In this document: positions 1 to 9,119 of the stretch, in pieces
Numbering within the stretch: position 1 is the first letter of the stretch
Layout of the letters: each line of letters begins with the position of its first letter
Source: a virus
Taxonomy: Duplodnaviria; Caudoviricetes
Strand: one strand, 5' to 3'
DNA length: 43,128 nucleotides
Virus record (IMG/VR): IMGVR_UViG_3300020042_002426
Coordinates: 1-43,128 of that record
The notes under the pieces: model-generated
What the model was told of the DNA's origin: nothing
The model's input: the letters and a program-made list of their open reading frames with translations, nothing else
Database searches by the model: none
Position numbers and translations under genes: made by a program

Positions 1-26
1 GTCAAGCTTTTCAAGGAGAAGACAAC

Positions 27-764
27 ATGCCTCAATTTTCAGATGACCTCTTTTTAGGTTCCGCCGTTACTAACATGGGTATGAACTTGGGCGATCCTTC
101 GCCCATGTCAGAAGGCGTGGGCCCTCTTGGTCGTATCTATGTGTGGGACTCCGTGCCCCTTACTAAAGGTGCTGCCAACATTGCGGCCGCTACCGTATGG
201 ACTAGTGCAGTGACTCTTACAGCAGGCACTGGCGTTACGTCAACAACCACTGCTGCAGGAACCACCGTGCTTCAGGTAGACGTGCCGCGCGTAGTGACCG
301 TGACCACTGGTGCAGGTTCACCAACAACTCGTAACGTGACTGTGTCTGGCTTCGACATCTACAGCCAAGCCATGAGCGAAGTGATTGCCACAGGTGCTGT
401 TGCTTCAACTACAACTGCCGGCAAAAAAGCTTTTTACCAGATCTCTAGCATCACAATCAGCGGCTCTCCAGTCGTGACCGTGTCTGTTGGCACAGGCGAC
501 GTGTTTGGCTCTCCAGTTCGTTTTACAAATCTGGGCTACTTGTCTCGCGTGGGTTGGGACAATACCCTGGCTGAAAATGCTGCAACAGCAGTGTCAGCAG
601 TGACTACCACAGCAAGTACAACTACCGGCGACGTTCGCGGCACAGTGGCTCCTTCGTCTGCAGCTGACGGCGCTAAGCGTCTGGTTGTTGGCATCTTGTT
701 GCCGGCATTGGCCGTTGGTCCTAACGCAACTCGCGTCGGCGCCCTTGGCGTGACTCAGGCCTAA
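27..764 (+). CDS. virion structural protein, probably capsid decoration/cement
   Basis: AAGGAG RBS before ATG; Thr/Ala/Gly/Val-rich beta-type composition; followed by a hairpin; first gene of the structural run. Confidence 0.6.
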   Translation: MPQFSDDLFLGSAVTNMGMNLGDPSPMSEGVGPLGRIYVWDSVPLTKGAANIAAATVWTSAVTLTAGTGVTSTTTAAGTTVLQVDVPRVVTVTTGAGSPTTRNVTVSGFDIYSQAMSEVIATGAVASTTTAGKKAFYQISSITISGSPVVTVSVGTGDVFGSPVRFTNLGYLSRVGWDNTLAENAATAVSAVTTTASTTTGDVRGTVAPSSAADGAKRLVVGILLPALAVGPNATRVGALGVTQA

Positions 765-771
765 TTAACCA

Positions 772-793
772 GGGGGCTTCGGCCCCCGTCTTT
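772..793 (+). terminator. GC hairpin with UUCG loop (weak terminator or mRNA-stabilising stem)
   Basis: GGGGGC-TTCG-GCCCCC then GTCTTT, between two genes; short U tract. Confidence 0.6.
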
Positions 794-804
794 AGGAGAA
801 AAAT

Positions 805-1209
805 ATGGCTGATGCAGTCACAAGCCAAACGCTTATTGATGGTGAGCGTTTAGTCATCATGAAATTTACAAACATCAGCGATGGTACGGGCGAGTCTGCT
901 GTATTAAAGGTAGACGTCTCTGCACTAGCGGCAAGCGCAACAGGGGCCGTATGCGATAGAGTTACCGTCACCAAAATCTACATTTCCAATCACGGCATGG
1001 AAGTCAGGATGTTTTGGGATGCCACAGCAGATGTGCCTTTCTTTCTTTCGTCGTCTAATGCTACTCAGACGCTTGACATGAGCGCTTTTGGCGGTATCAC
1101 CAACAACGGCGGCGCTGGCGTTACTGGCGACATTGTGTTTAGCACGGCTGATGCATCTTCTGGCGACACCTACTGGTGCATCTTGGAGATGGTCAAGGGT
1201 TACGCGTAA
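805..1209 (+). CDS. phage structural protein (hypothetical)
   Basis: AGGAG RBS; 134 aa; stop overlaps next start (TAATG). Confidence 0.65.
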   Translation: MADAVTSQTLIDGERLVIMKFTNISDGTGESAVLKVDVSALAASATGAVCDRVTVTKIYISNHGMEVRMFWDATADVPFFLSSSNATQTLDMSAFGGITNNGGAGVTGDIVFSTADASSGDTYWCILEMVKGYA

Positions 1210-1769
1210 TGGCAAACGTAACGATCACCAATTTAACGTCGGGCACTACGCTTATTGGAACTGAGCTGTTTGAGTCTGTACAGACCGCTGCTTCAGTTAA
1301 GCTGACATCAAACCAGATCAAGACTTTTACTAGTTCCCTGCCTACTTTTTTGGTGGAGACGGCCAACACTAACACACCGGCTGTTGCCGCGACTTTAAGT
1401 CACCAGACTTCAGGTGTGGCGGCTGTAGGTATTGGGACGCGTCTTGCTTTCCAATGTGAGACCGCAGCTAGTAACAACGAGATTGGGGCCGTACTTTCAG
1501 CCGTCACTACCAACGTTGGTTCAGGCACAGAAGCGTTTAACTTGCAAGTCTTGTTGATGGCAGCAGGTGCTACAGCTGCAGCAGTTGCTACTTTTAACAG
1601 CAACGGCAATTTTGGCATCACTGGCAATACGCTTAACGTTCCTGTGTCTAGAACAATTACCTTGTCGGGCGACACAGGAACTACCGGCGACATTTGTTGG
1701 GACTCGCTTTACATCTACGTCTGCATTGCAGCCAATACTTGGAAACGTGTGGCAATTTCAACATGGTAA
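1209..1769 (+). CDS. fibre-like structural protein
   Basis: ATG at 1209 coupled to upstream TAA; C-terminal GDICWDSLYIYVCIAANTWKRVAISTW resembles a common phage fibre end module. Confidence 0.6.
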   Translation: MANVTITNLTSGTTLIGTELFESVQTAASVKLTSNQIKTFTSSLPTFLVETANTNTPAVAATLSHQTSGVAAVGIGTRLAFQCETAASNNEIGAVLSAVTTNVGSGTEAFNLQVLLMAAGATAAAVATFNSNGNFGITGNTLNVPVSRTITLSGDTGTTGDICWDSLYIYVCIAANTWKRVAISTW

Positions 1770-2074
1770 ACGATCACAAGTTTGGTAAAGGCGGAGGCAC
1801 TTTGTTTGTAGCAAAGGGCGGAGCTGTCTGGGCGCGCAAAGAAGGACAAAATCCTAAAGGCGGGTTAAACCAAAAAGGTCGCGACGCTTACAACAGCAAG
1901 ACAGGCGGCAACTTGAAGCCGCCTGTCTCTGCAAAGCAAGCGGCAAAAAGCCCCAAGGCGGCTGGTCGTCGCGACAGTTTTTGTGCGCGCATGTCTGGCA
2001 TGCCTGGGCCAATGAAAGACGACAAGGGCCGACCGACTAGGAAAGCCCTTGCCCTTAACAAGTGGGACTGCTAA
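1763..2074 (+). CDS. small basic protein (DUF6321-like), with xKGG motifs
   Basis: ATG 1763 overlaps upstream stop; WARKEGQNPKGGLN...RRDSFCARM...ALNKWDC pattern recalled from aquatic phages. Confidence 0.6.
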   Translation: MVNDHKFGKGGGTLFVAKGGAVWARKEGQNPKGGLNQKGRDAYNSKTGGNLKPPVSAKQAAKSPKAAGRRDSFCARMSGMPGPMKDDKGRPTRKALALNKWDC

Positions 2075-2075
2075 T

Positions 2076-2273
2076 ATGATGGGAAAAAAGATGGCCTTCG
2101 CAAAAGGAGGCAAAGTAAAAGCACCTTGGGATAAGCCAAGGCCAAAGGACCTGCCAAAGCCTAAAAAATTAGCGCCTGCTGCAAAAGCTAGCGCAAAGGC
2201 AGCAGCAGCCGCTGCCGGACGCCCCTATCCCAACCTTGTAGACAACATGCGCGCAGCCGCAAAAAGGAAATAG
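2076..2273 (+). CDS. small Lys/Ala/Pro-rich basic protein
   Basis: ATG just after upstream stop; FAKGG near N-terminus; AGRPYPNLVDNM C-terminus. Confidence 0.6.
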   Translation: MMGKKMAFAKGGKVKAPWDKPRPKDLPKPKKLAPAAKASAKAAAAAAGRPYPNLVDNMRAAAKRK

Positions 2274-2274
2274 C

Positions 2275-2796
2275 ATGGGAAAAAACATCAAATATGGGGA
2301 ATTTACCTTCCCCGCGTCAACGGCTAGGGCAACATCGACTGCAAAGTCAACAAAAGGCATCCCGAAGGCCACGTACGACGCTTCGCATGCCATGAAAGAC
2401 GGCGGATACGCCAAAGGCGGCCCAAAAATGCCAGCAAAACGTGAACCGGAAGCCACTGTCCGCAAGGAAGTGGCCCTGCTGCGTAAAGCCGGCGCCCCAA
2501 AGGCCATGGTCCGCCACGAAGTGCGTGAAATGTCAGGCGAGATGGACACTCCGGCCACTAAAAAGGCTGAAGTGGGCATGATGCGCAAGGCAAAAGCCCC
2601 TTTGACCATGATTAAAGAGGAAATGATGGAACCGGTTGCCTTGAAAAAGGGCGGTCCTGCCAAAGTAGAGGCAAAGCTTGAAAAGCATGCCAATATGCCT
2701 GCTGGAAAGGCTCACGGTCCAGGAGCAGGGAAAAAGCTTGCTAAAGGCGGCGTACCATCTTACTCAAAAGTTCCAAAATTTGGGCAAATGAAGTAA
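2275..2796 (+). CDS. Lys-rich basic protein with four xxxGG motifs
   Basis: MKDGG, YAKGG, LKKGG, LAKGG; coupled to upstream stop. Confidence 0.65.
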   Translation: MGKNIKYGEFTFPASTARATSTAKSTKGIPKATYDASHAMKDGGYAKGGPKMPAKREPEATVRKEVALLRKAGAPKAMVRHEVREMSGEMDTPATKKAEVGMMRKAKAPLTMIKEEMMEPVALKKGGPAKVEAKLEKHANMPAGKAHGPGAGKKLAKGGVPSYSKVPKFGQMK

Positions 2797-2811
2797 AATA
2801 AAAGGAACACC

Positions 2812-2866
2812 CCGGGTCTGCCGCCAACGGCACGCCGCAACTTAACAAACAGGAGCAGATCCGGTG
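2812..2866 (+). promoter_or_regulatory. RNA stem next to the RBS and GTG start of the adaptor gene
   Basis: CCGGGTCTGC (2812-2821) pairs with GCAGATCCGG (2855-2864), one G-U pair; AGGAG at 2851-2855 and GTG at 2864. Confidence 0.45.
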
Positions 2867-3850
2867 GCAGTTTCAGGCACAGTCAGCACGACGGTTTTCA
2901 ATACGCGCAAGGTCATTGATCACGCGTATCGTCGCTGCCGTATTCCTCCTGAAGGAATCTCCTCAGAGCAAATCAGCTTTGCTCTTGACACGCTTTATTT
3001 AATCTTGAGCATGCTAGCCAATAGAGGCTTGCAGCTATGGTGTATTGAAAAAGACATCATGCCTCTTTATCAGGCGCAAGGCCAAGTTGAGTTGCCAGAT
3101 GGCATCGTTGATATTCTCAACACTAACTTGCGGACATTGGAAGAAGTCAGTGGCACGTCAACCACTACGTCTACGATCTACCAAACTCTTTTTACCACGG
3201 TCACTCAAGTCACCAACGTTGGTGTCTACTGGAACGGTGCCTCAACAAGCTACGCCCTAGAGACATCAGACAATGGCACCACATGGACCACTTTAGCTAC
3301 GGTACCTAATCCAGGCACCGTAGCCAATGAAGTTACTTGGACTGACATTGAGGGGTCAATAGCCACTCTCTATTTCAGAGTTAGAGCTACCACTGGAGTT
3401 CTTAACCAATCGGACGTCTTTCTTGGCAATACGCCAACAGAGATTCCAATGGCCCGCTTGAACAGAGACGACTACGTCAACTTGCCTAACAAAACGTTTC
3501 AAGGTCGCCCGTTGCAGTTCTGGGTGAACAGGCAGCTCAACAACCCCATCTTAAACTTGTGGCCGGTGCCCTCAGACCAATTTATCACAGCCCAAGTGAT
3601 TGTGTGGGTTAAAAGATACATCATGGATGTAGGTACGATGACTCAAGAGATTGAGATTCCGCAGCGCTGGTATGACGCGGTGGTCTACGTACTTGCAGCT
3701 CGTTTGGCTGAAGAGACTCCATCTGTTGATCCTCAAATGATGGCTATTTTGGATCAAAAGGCGCAACGTTCGCTGCTTGAGGCCGAGAACGAAGAACGCG
3801 ATGATTCTCCAATATATCTCACGCCTAATATTGCGGTGTACACTCGATGA
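2864..3850 (+). CDS. head-tail adaptor / tail tubular protein A-like, with inserted beta-sandwich domain
   Basis: GTG start after AGGAG; helical N-terminus (IDHAYRRC...ANRGLQLW), LWPVP motif, helical C-terminus; Thr-rich insert SDNGTTWTT. Confidence 0.6.
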   Translation: MAVSGTVSTTVFNTRKVIDHAYRRCRIPPEGISSEQISFALDTLYLILSMLANRGLQLWCIEKDIMPLYQAQGQVELPDGIVDILNTNLRTLEEVSGTSTTTSTIYQTLFTTVTQVTNVGVYWNGASTSYALETSDNGTTWTTLATVPNPGTVANEVTWTDIEGSIATLYFRVRATTGVLNQSDVFLGNTPTEIPMARLNRDDYVNLPNKTFQGRPLQFWVNRQLNNPILNLWPVPSDQFITAQVIVWVKRYIMDVGTMTQEIEIPQRWYDAVVYVLAARLAEETPSVDPQMMAILDQKAQRSLLEAENEERDDSPIYLTPNIAVYTR

Positions 3851-4146
3851 GCATCTACTTAGACACTCGCGGACTCAGCACCTTGGGCATTGGTCTTTGT
3901 GACCGCTGCAGCCGGAAGATGTCGTTGACCCAGCTAATGTCAGATCCAAATTCGCCTGGCCTTCGCGTCTGCCGTGAAGACCTAGACAACCTTGATCCTT
4001 ATCGACTGCCGGCCCGCCAACCTGATCAGATCACGCTGCCTTTTGTACGGCCCGACTCTCCTCTGTTTAGCGATCCAGCCGGCTTGGTTACTGAAGACGA
4101 CAACAGCTTTATCCTTGGCCAAAATGACGAGTACATGACCCCATGA
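3847..4146 (+). CDS. small Cys-motif virion-associated protein
   Basis: ATGA overlap; CDRC...VC motif; C-terminal LVTEDDNSFIL. Confidence 0.6.
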   Translation: MSIYLDTRGLSTLGIGLCDRCSRKMSLTQLMSDPNSPGLRVCREDLDNLDPYRLPARQPDQITLPFVRPDSPLFSDPAGLVTEDDNSFILGQNDEYMTP

Positions 4147-6365
4147 CAGTACCATCAAACCTAGTACCAACAAGGATCACTGATCTTCCAGTGGCTCCAA
4201 ACCCATCGTCGTCGGCAACGATGGTCTGCGTTATCAGCGGCGTTACTTACCAGGTTCCTTTCATCAACCTGCAGTCCACTGTCTCAGTCCCGGCTACTCG
4301 CCTGATTAACACAGGCGGTGGCCTGCAAGGCGGCGGCGATCTTTCCCAAGACCGCACCCTGAGCATTGCAACCGGCGGCGTAACCAACGCCATGCTCGCC
4401 AATAACGCGGTCACGGCCGGTACGTATGGCTCTGGCTCTTTAATTCCTGTAGTCACTGTAGATAGTAAGGGCCTGGTCACGAGTGTCTCTACGACAGCCC
4501 TAGTCATTTCCGGATATGTTCCTGACACCCGACAGATCATTGCCGGTACAGGTTTGACAGGGGGCGGTAATTTACAGGCCGACCGGACCATTAACATGGT
4601 CTTTTCGACAACCACGCCAGTTGCCTTGGGAACTGCCACAGTTGGTACGCAAAACAATGCCGCGCAAGGTGATCACGTTCACCCCGCCCTTAACTTTGCA
4701 AACCTGACCGAATACACCGGCCTGCTGCCCCTGACAAATGGTGGCACAGGTATGCAAGTCAACAGCCTGACTGCCGGGGCCGTCTGGTACAACGACGGCA
4801 GTAACGGCTTCTTGCAAACGGTGCAAGGATCTAATGGGCAAGTTTTGGTCTCAGGAGGGGCCGCTGCTCCGTCTTGGGGTTCTGCCCTTGTTGTGTCTCC
4901 TCAGCCTGCTAACTACGTGTACGCTGGCCCAACATCAGGGCCTAGTGCAACAACTGCCTTTCGCTTACTAGTCAATGATGACATACCGTCTACATTGACA
5001 AGCAAGTCAATGAGCGGAGCCAGCAACACGTTTAGCAACATCCCAAATGCTGCATTGACCAACAACTCGGTTACCTTTAACGGGGTCAACGTTGCGCTAG
5101 GAGCCTCTGGCACTATTACTGCCACGGCAACTGCTGCCTTGACAATTGGAACCGGCTTGTCTGGCACAAGCTACAACGGCTCAACCGCCGTGACCATTGC
5201 AATTGATTCAACCGTTGCAACCTTGACAGGTTCTCAGACCCTGACCAACAAGACGATCAGCGGCAGCAGCAACACGCTGACTAACATCGCCAATGCCTCC
5301 TTGACAAATAGCTCGGTCACGGTGGGCACTACGGCAATTGCTCTTGGCGCTTCTTCATTGACCCTTGGCGGTTTGACGTCAGTGGCCGTCACTCAAGACC
5401 CAACGTCTGCCCTGCAGTTAGCAACTAAGCAATATGTTGATGCAGTGGCTGAAGGTCTTCACATTCATGCCTCTTGCGCAGCAGCCACTCCGGCTACGCT
5501 TGCCTCGATTACTGGGGGCACGGTTACTTACAACAATGGCGCGTCTGGCGTTGGAGCCACTCTTACCCTGTCAATAGCCTTGACTGTTTTAGATGGTTAT
5601 ACGCTGCTCAACGGCGACCGCATATTAGTCAAAAATGAAGTTGCTACTGCCAATAACGGCATCTACACCTGGGCAACAGGCGGACTTGTTCTTACTCGTG
5701 CAACTGACTTTGACACTGCTGCAGAGATGGCAAGCGGTGACTTTACGTTTGTCTCTTATGGCACGTTATACGGCAGCACAGGCTGGGTGCAGACTGACCA
5801 AGTGACGGTTGTTGGTACAAGCCCAGTCACCTGGATTCAGTTCTCTGGCACAGGCTCGTATACGGCAGGCACCGGCCTGACATTGACCGGCACGCAATTC
5901 AGCATCACTAATACGGCAGTCACTGCAGCAGCCTACGGTTCGGCCACTCAGGTTGGCACGTTTACGGTCAATGCACAGGGTCAGTTGACCTTGGCAGGAA
6001 ATACCACAGTGACTCCAGCCGTTGGTTCAATCACTGGTTTAGGTACTGGCGTGGCTACGGCTTTGGCTGTCAACACGGGCTCAGCTGGGGCCTTTGTGCT
6101 CTTCAACGGGGCCCTTGGCACGCCGTCATCAGGTACAATGACCAACGTTACAGGATTGCCTTTGACGACAGGCGTGACAGGGACTTTGCCAATTGCAAAT
6201 GGGGGCACAAATGGAACAACTACCCCGACTTCTGGCGCCGTGCCTTACGGTACGGGGACGGCCTATGGTTTTAGCTCTGCCGGAACTTCTGGTGAATTTT
6301 TAATCTCAGGGGGTACCGGTTCACCTACCTGGACAAGTACAATCTCTGGAGGAACTTACGCATGA
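4143..6365 (+). CDS. tail fibre protein
   Basis: 740 aa Thr/Gly/Ala-rich; repeats GTGLTGGG, AGTYGS, QTLTNKT, ATKQYVD, GDRILVKN...NGIY, LPIANGGT. Confidence 0.8.
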   Translation: MTVPSNLVPTRITDLPVAPNPSSSATMVCVISGVTYQVPFINLQSTVSVPATRLINTGGGLQGGGDLSQDRTLSIATGGVTNAMLANNAVTAGTYGSGSLIPVVTVDSKGLVTSVSTTALVISGYVPDTRQIIAGTGLTGGGNLQADRTINMVFSTTTPVALGTATVGTQNNAAQGDHVHPALNFANLTEYTGLLPLTNGGTGMQVNSLTAGAVWYNDGSNGFLQTVQGSNGQVLVSGGAAAPSWGSALVVSPQPANYVYAGPTSGPSATTAFRLLVNDDIPSTLTSKSMSGASNTFSNIPNAALTNNSVTFNGVNVALGASGTITATATAALTIGTGLSGTSYNGSTAVTIAIDSTVATLTGSQTLTNKTISGSSNTLTNIANASLTNSSVTVGTTAIALGASSLTLGGLTSVAVTQDPTSALQLATKQYVDAVAEGLHIHASCAAATPATLASITGGTVTYNNGASGVGATLTLSIALTVLDGYTLLNGDRILVKNEVATANNGIYTWATGGLVLTRATDFDTAAEMASGDFTFVSYGTLYGSTGWVQTDQVTVVGTSPVTWIQFSGTGSYTAGTGLTLTGTQFSITNTAVTAAAYGSATQVGTFTVNAQGQLTLAGNTTVTPAVGSITGLGTGVATALAVNTGSAGAFVLFNGALGTPSSGTMTNVTGLPLTTGVTGTLPIANGGTNGTTTPTSGAVPYGTGTAYGFSSAGTSGEFLISGGTGSPTWTSTISGGTYA

Positions 6366-7159
6366 CAACAATTCTGACTAAGAAAAAGGATACGGCAGGA
6401 GCCCCGGCGCCTGGTGACCTGACCAATGCTGCAGGCGGCGCTGAGCTTGCCGTCAATACCGCCACCAAACGTCTCTATAGTAAGGACAGCGGCGGCAACG
6501 TTATTGAGATTGGCACTAACGCAAGCTCTTCTACGATTGATGCCCTGACGGTCACCACGTCAGCGACCCTGTCTTACGGTACAGCAAACCAAGTTCAGTT
6601 CCTGAATGCCTCTAAGATCTTAACGGGTTCTGCTAGTTTGACTTGGAGCGGCACGGCTTTGGCTGTGACTGGCACTGTTGCCGTAACAGGCGCGTTGACC
6701 GCAACCCTAGACTCAACATTCTCCTCAACTGGTGCGTTAATCATCAGCAAGGGAACAACAGGCCAGCGACCTACGCCAGCAAGCGGAATGCTTCGCTTCA
6801 ACACCACAACGACCGAGTTTGAGGGCTACAACGGCACGGCATGGGCTTCTGTGGGTGGTGCGGCACTGAGCAACGACACCTCGACTGCAAGCAACCTTTT
6901 CCCGCTGTTTGCGACTGCTACAAGCGGTACAGCATCAACATTAAATACCAGCAACGCCAAGCTGTTGTACAAGCCGAGCACTGGTGAGTTGCAAGCGTCA
7001 GTTCCTGTTGCATTGAATGGTATTGTGGTCAATAGCCAAACAGTTGCAACAAGCTACACAATAGCGGTTGGATACTCAGCCATGTCATCTGGTCCGGTTT
7101 CTGTGGCATCAGGTCAATCAGTAACAGTATCTAGCGGTAGTCGCTGGGTAGTCGTTTAA
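6362..7159 (+). CDS. tail fibre-associated protein
   Basis: ELAVNTATKRLY and GTTGQRP...GMLRFNTTTTEFEGYNGTAW fibre modules; C-terminal VTVSSGSRWVVV. Confidence 0.7.
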   Translation: MTTILTKKKDTAGAPAPGDLTNAAGGAELAVNTATKRLYSKDSGGNVIEIGTNASSSTIDALTVTTSATLSYGTANQVQFLNASKILTGSASLTWSGTALAVTGTVAVTGALTATLDSTFSSTGALIISKGTTGQRPTPASGMLRFNTTTTEFEGYNGTAWASVGGAALSNDTSTASNLFPLFATATSGTASTLNTSNAKLLYKPSTGELQASVPVALNGIVVNSQTVATSYTIAVGYSAMSSGPVSVASGQSVTVSSGSRWVVV

Positions 7160-7168
7160 GGAAAAATT

Positions 7169-8905
7169 ATGGCAAGCATTGTTGTTAATGGCGATACATC
7201 TGGGGCAGTAACCCTATCTGCACCTGCGGTAGCGGGAACAGTCACAGTCACACTACCTTCCGCATCAGGAACTATGGCGGTGAGTGGTGCTTCTCCATCG
7301 TTTACTACGATTACCACAACATCTGACGCATCTATCAATGGTCTAACAGTAGGGGAAGGCGGTGGCTCTGTTGCTACTAACACGGTTGTGGGTTCTGGTG
7401 CTTTGGCGGCTAATACTACTGGTAATAATAATACGGCAATAGGCGGTAGTGCTTTGTCGGCTAGCACAGTAGGTCGTAATACTGCAATAGGTTATGTTGC
7501 TGGTTTGGCTACCACAACTGGACACATTACTGCTGTTGGTGCTTACGCTCTATACTCAAATACTACTGGTGATTCTAATGTTGCAGTAGGTGGAAATAAT
7601 GAATCAGCAAGTGCGGCATTACAAACTAATACTACTGGAAGCAACAATACTGCTGTTGGCGTATCAGCACTTCAAGCAAACACGACAGGCGGACAAAATG
7701 TAGCCATTGGTAAAGATGCCCTCTACGCCAACACCACAGGCTCTAACAACCTAGCAGTAGGTTATCAAGCGGGTTACAGCAATACAACTGGAGATATTGA
7801 AGCCGTAGGCTATCAAGCCTTGTATGCAAACACTACTGGTATTCGTTTGACTGCTATGGGCTATCAAGCATTAAATGCAAACACTACTGGTGGATATAAC
7901 ACAGCATTTGGATTTCAAGCGTTTAAATCTATTACCACAGCAACTGAAAATTCAGCATTCGGTTATCAAGCAGGGTTTAGTAATACCACTGGTTCTGAAA
8001 ATACGGCAATTGGTTCAAGTGCTTTATATTCAAATACTACTGCAACCTCAAACGTGGCGGTTGGTAGGCGAGCGCTTTATGCTAGTACTATTGGTGAGGC
8101 TAATACTGGTGTAGGACATTCTGCGGGGACATCCATTACAACTGGTTCATATAATGCCCTTTTTGGGGCATACGCAGGGCAAAGCATTACTACTGGTGGA
8201 AGAAATTGTTTAATAGGGGAAGCCGCAGGAAGTCTTGTTACAACTGCTAATTACAGTACGCTTGTTGGTGATAATTGTGGTAACGCAATTACTAGTGGCA
8301 GTTCAAATACTTGCGTAGGTAGAGAGGCTGGTTTTAATATTAATACTGGTTCTGGCAATACAGTCATTGGGATAAGTTCTGCCGCCAGTCTTACAGGTGG
8401 CGCTAACAACACCCACATTGGGTTAAATACCAATGTTAGTGGGGCTAATGTCAGCAATGAATTATTGGTATGTTCTGGTGCTGGTTATACAGGTAAAGGT
8501 GCTAATACAGGATTTATTACACCAAATGGTGGTGGCGTATATCAAGGTAACAATTCTTCATCTTGGTCAACCACATCTGACTTCCGCCTAAAGAAAAATA
8601 TTGTAGACAACACAGAAGGTTTGGACATCGTGAGTCAAATCCGTGTTCGTAACTTTGAATATCGCACAGCAGAAGAAGTTACGGAACTACCAGCACACAC
8701 AGTTATTGACAAACAAGGCATTCAACTTGGCGTGATAGCACAAGAACTACAAGAAGTGTGTTCCGATTGTGTGAAAGAAGAATCAACAGGCGTGTTATCA
8801 GTAGATGCTTCAAACCTCACATGGCACATGATTAACGCTATAAAAGACTTAAAAGCATTAAATGATTCATTAACCGCCCGTATTGTGGCTTTGGAGAGCA
8901 AATAA
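7169..8905 (+). CDS. tail fibre/spike with ~14-aa NTTGxxNTAxG repeats and C-terminal peptidase S74 intramolecular chaperone
   Basis: tandem ALxxNTTGxxNxAxG repeats; TSDFRLKKNI autocleavage motif, GVIAQEL and terminal coiled coil. Confidence 0.85.
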   Translation: MASIVVNGDTSGAVTLSAPAVAGTVTVTLPSASGTMAVSGASPSFTTITTTSDASINGLTVGEGGGSVATNTVVGSGALAANTTGNNNTAIGGSALSASTVGRNTAIGYVAGLATTTGHITAVGAYALYSNTTGDSNVAVGGNNESASAALQTNTTGSNNTAVGVSALQANTTGGQNVAIGKDALYANTTGSNNLAVGYQAGYSNTTGDIEAVGYQALYANTTGIRLTAMGYQALNANTTGGYNTAFGFQAFKSITTATENSAFGYQAGFSNTTGSENTAIGSSALYSNTTATSNVAVGRRALYASTIGEANTGVGHSAGTSITTGSYNALFGAYAGQSITTGGRNCLIGEAAGSLVTTANYSTLVGDNCGNAITSGSSNTCVGREAGFNINTGSGNTVIGISSAASLTGGANNTHIGLNTNVSGANVSNELLVCSGAGYTGKGANTGFITPNGGGVYQGNNSSSWSTTSDFRLKKNIVDNTEGLDIVSQIRVRNFEYRTAEEVTELPAHTVIDKQGIQLGVIAQELQEVCSDCVKEESTGVLSVDASNLTWHMINAIKDLKALNDSLTARIVALESK

Positions 8906-9117
8906 TGGAAGAAATCACACAAGCACAAATTGCCAAGCACTACTCTGCCGCTATGGACAGCGTAAACCTCATCAACGGTACAAAGCCTGAGATGATGACT
9001 GATGCTGATTGGGCAGATTGCGTGTCACGCAACAAAGAGCATTTGAAGATTATGCTTGCCAAGGACTTTTGGACAACTGAGAATTTAACACCGCTACAAC
9101 AGGCGGCAGGAGCATAA
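8905..9117 (+). CDS. small tail-associated hypothetical protein
   Basis: GGAG RBS; TAATG coupling; 70 aa. Confidence 0.6.
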   Translation: MEEITQAQIAKHYSAAMDSVNLINGTKPEMMTDADWADCVSRNKEHLKIMLAKDFWTTENLTPLQQAAGA

Positions 9118-9119
9118 CC

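Noticed and set aside
7380-8460. Tandem ~42-bp periodic repeats as a possible CRISPR array or DGR template
   Set aside because: Degenerate in-frame coding repeats of a fibre beta-helix; no identical repeats with spacers, no cas or reverse transcriptase gene
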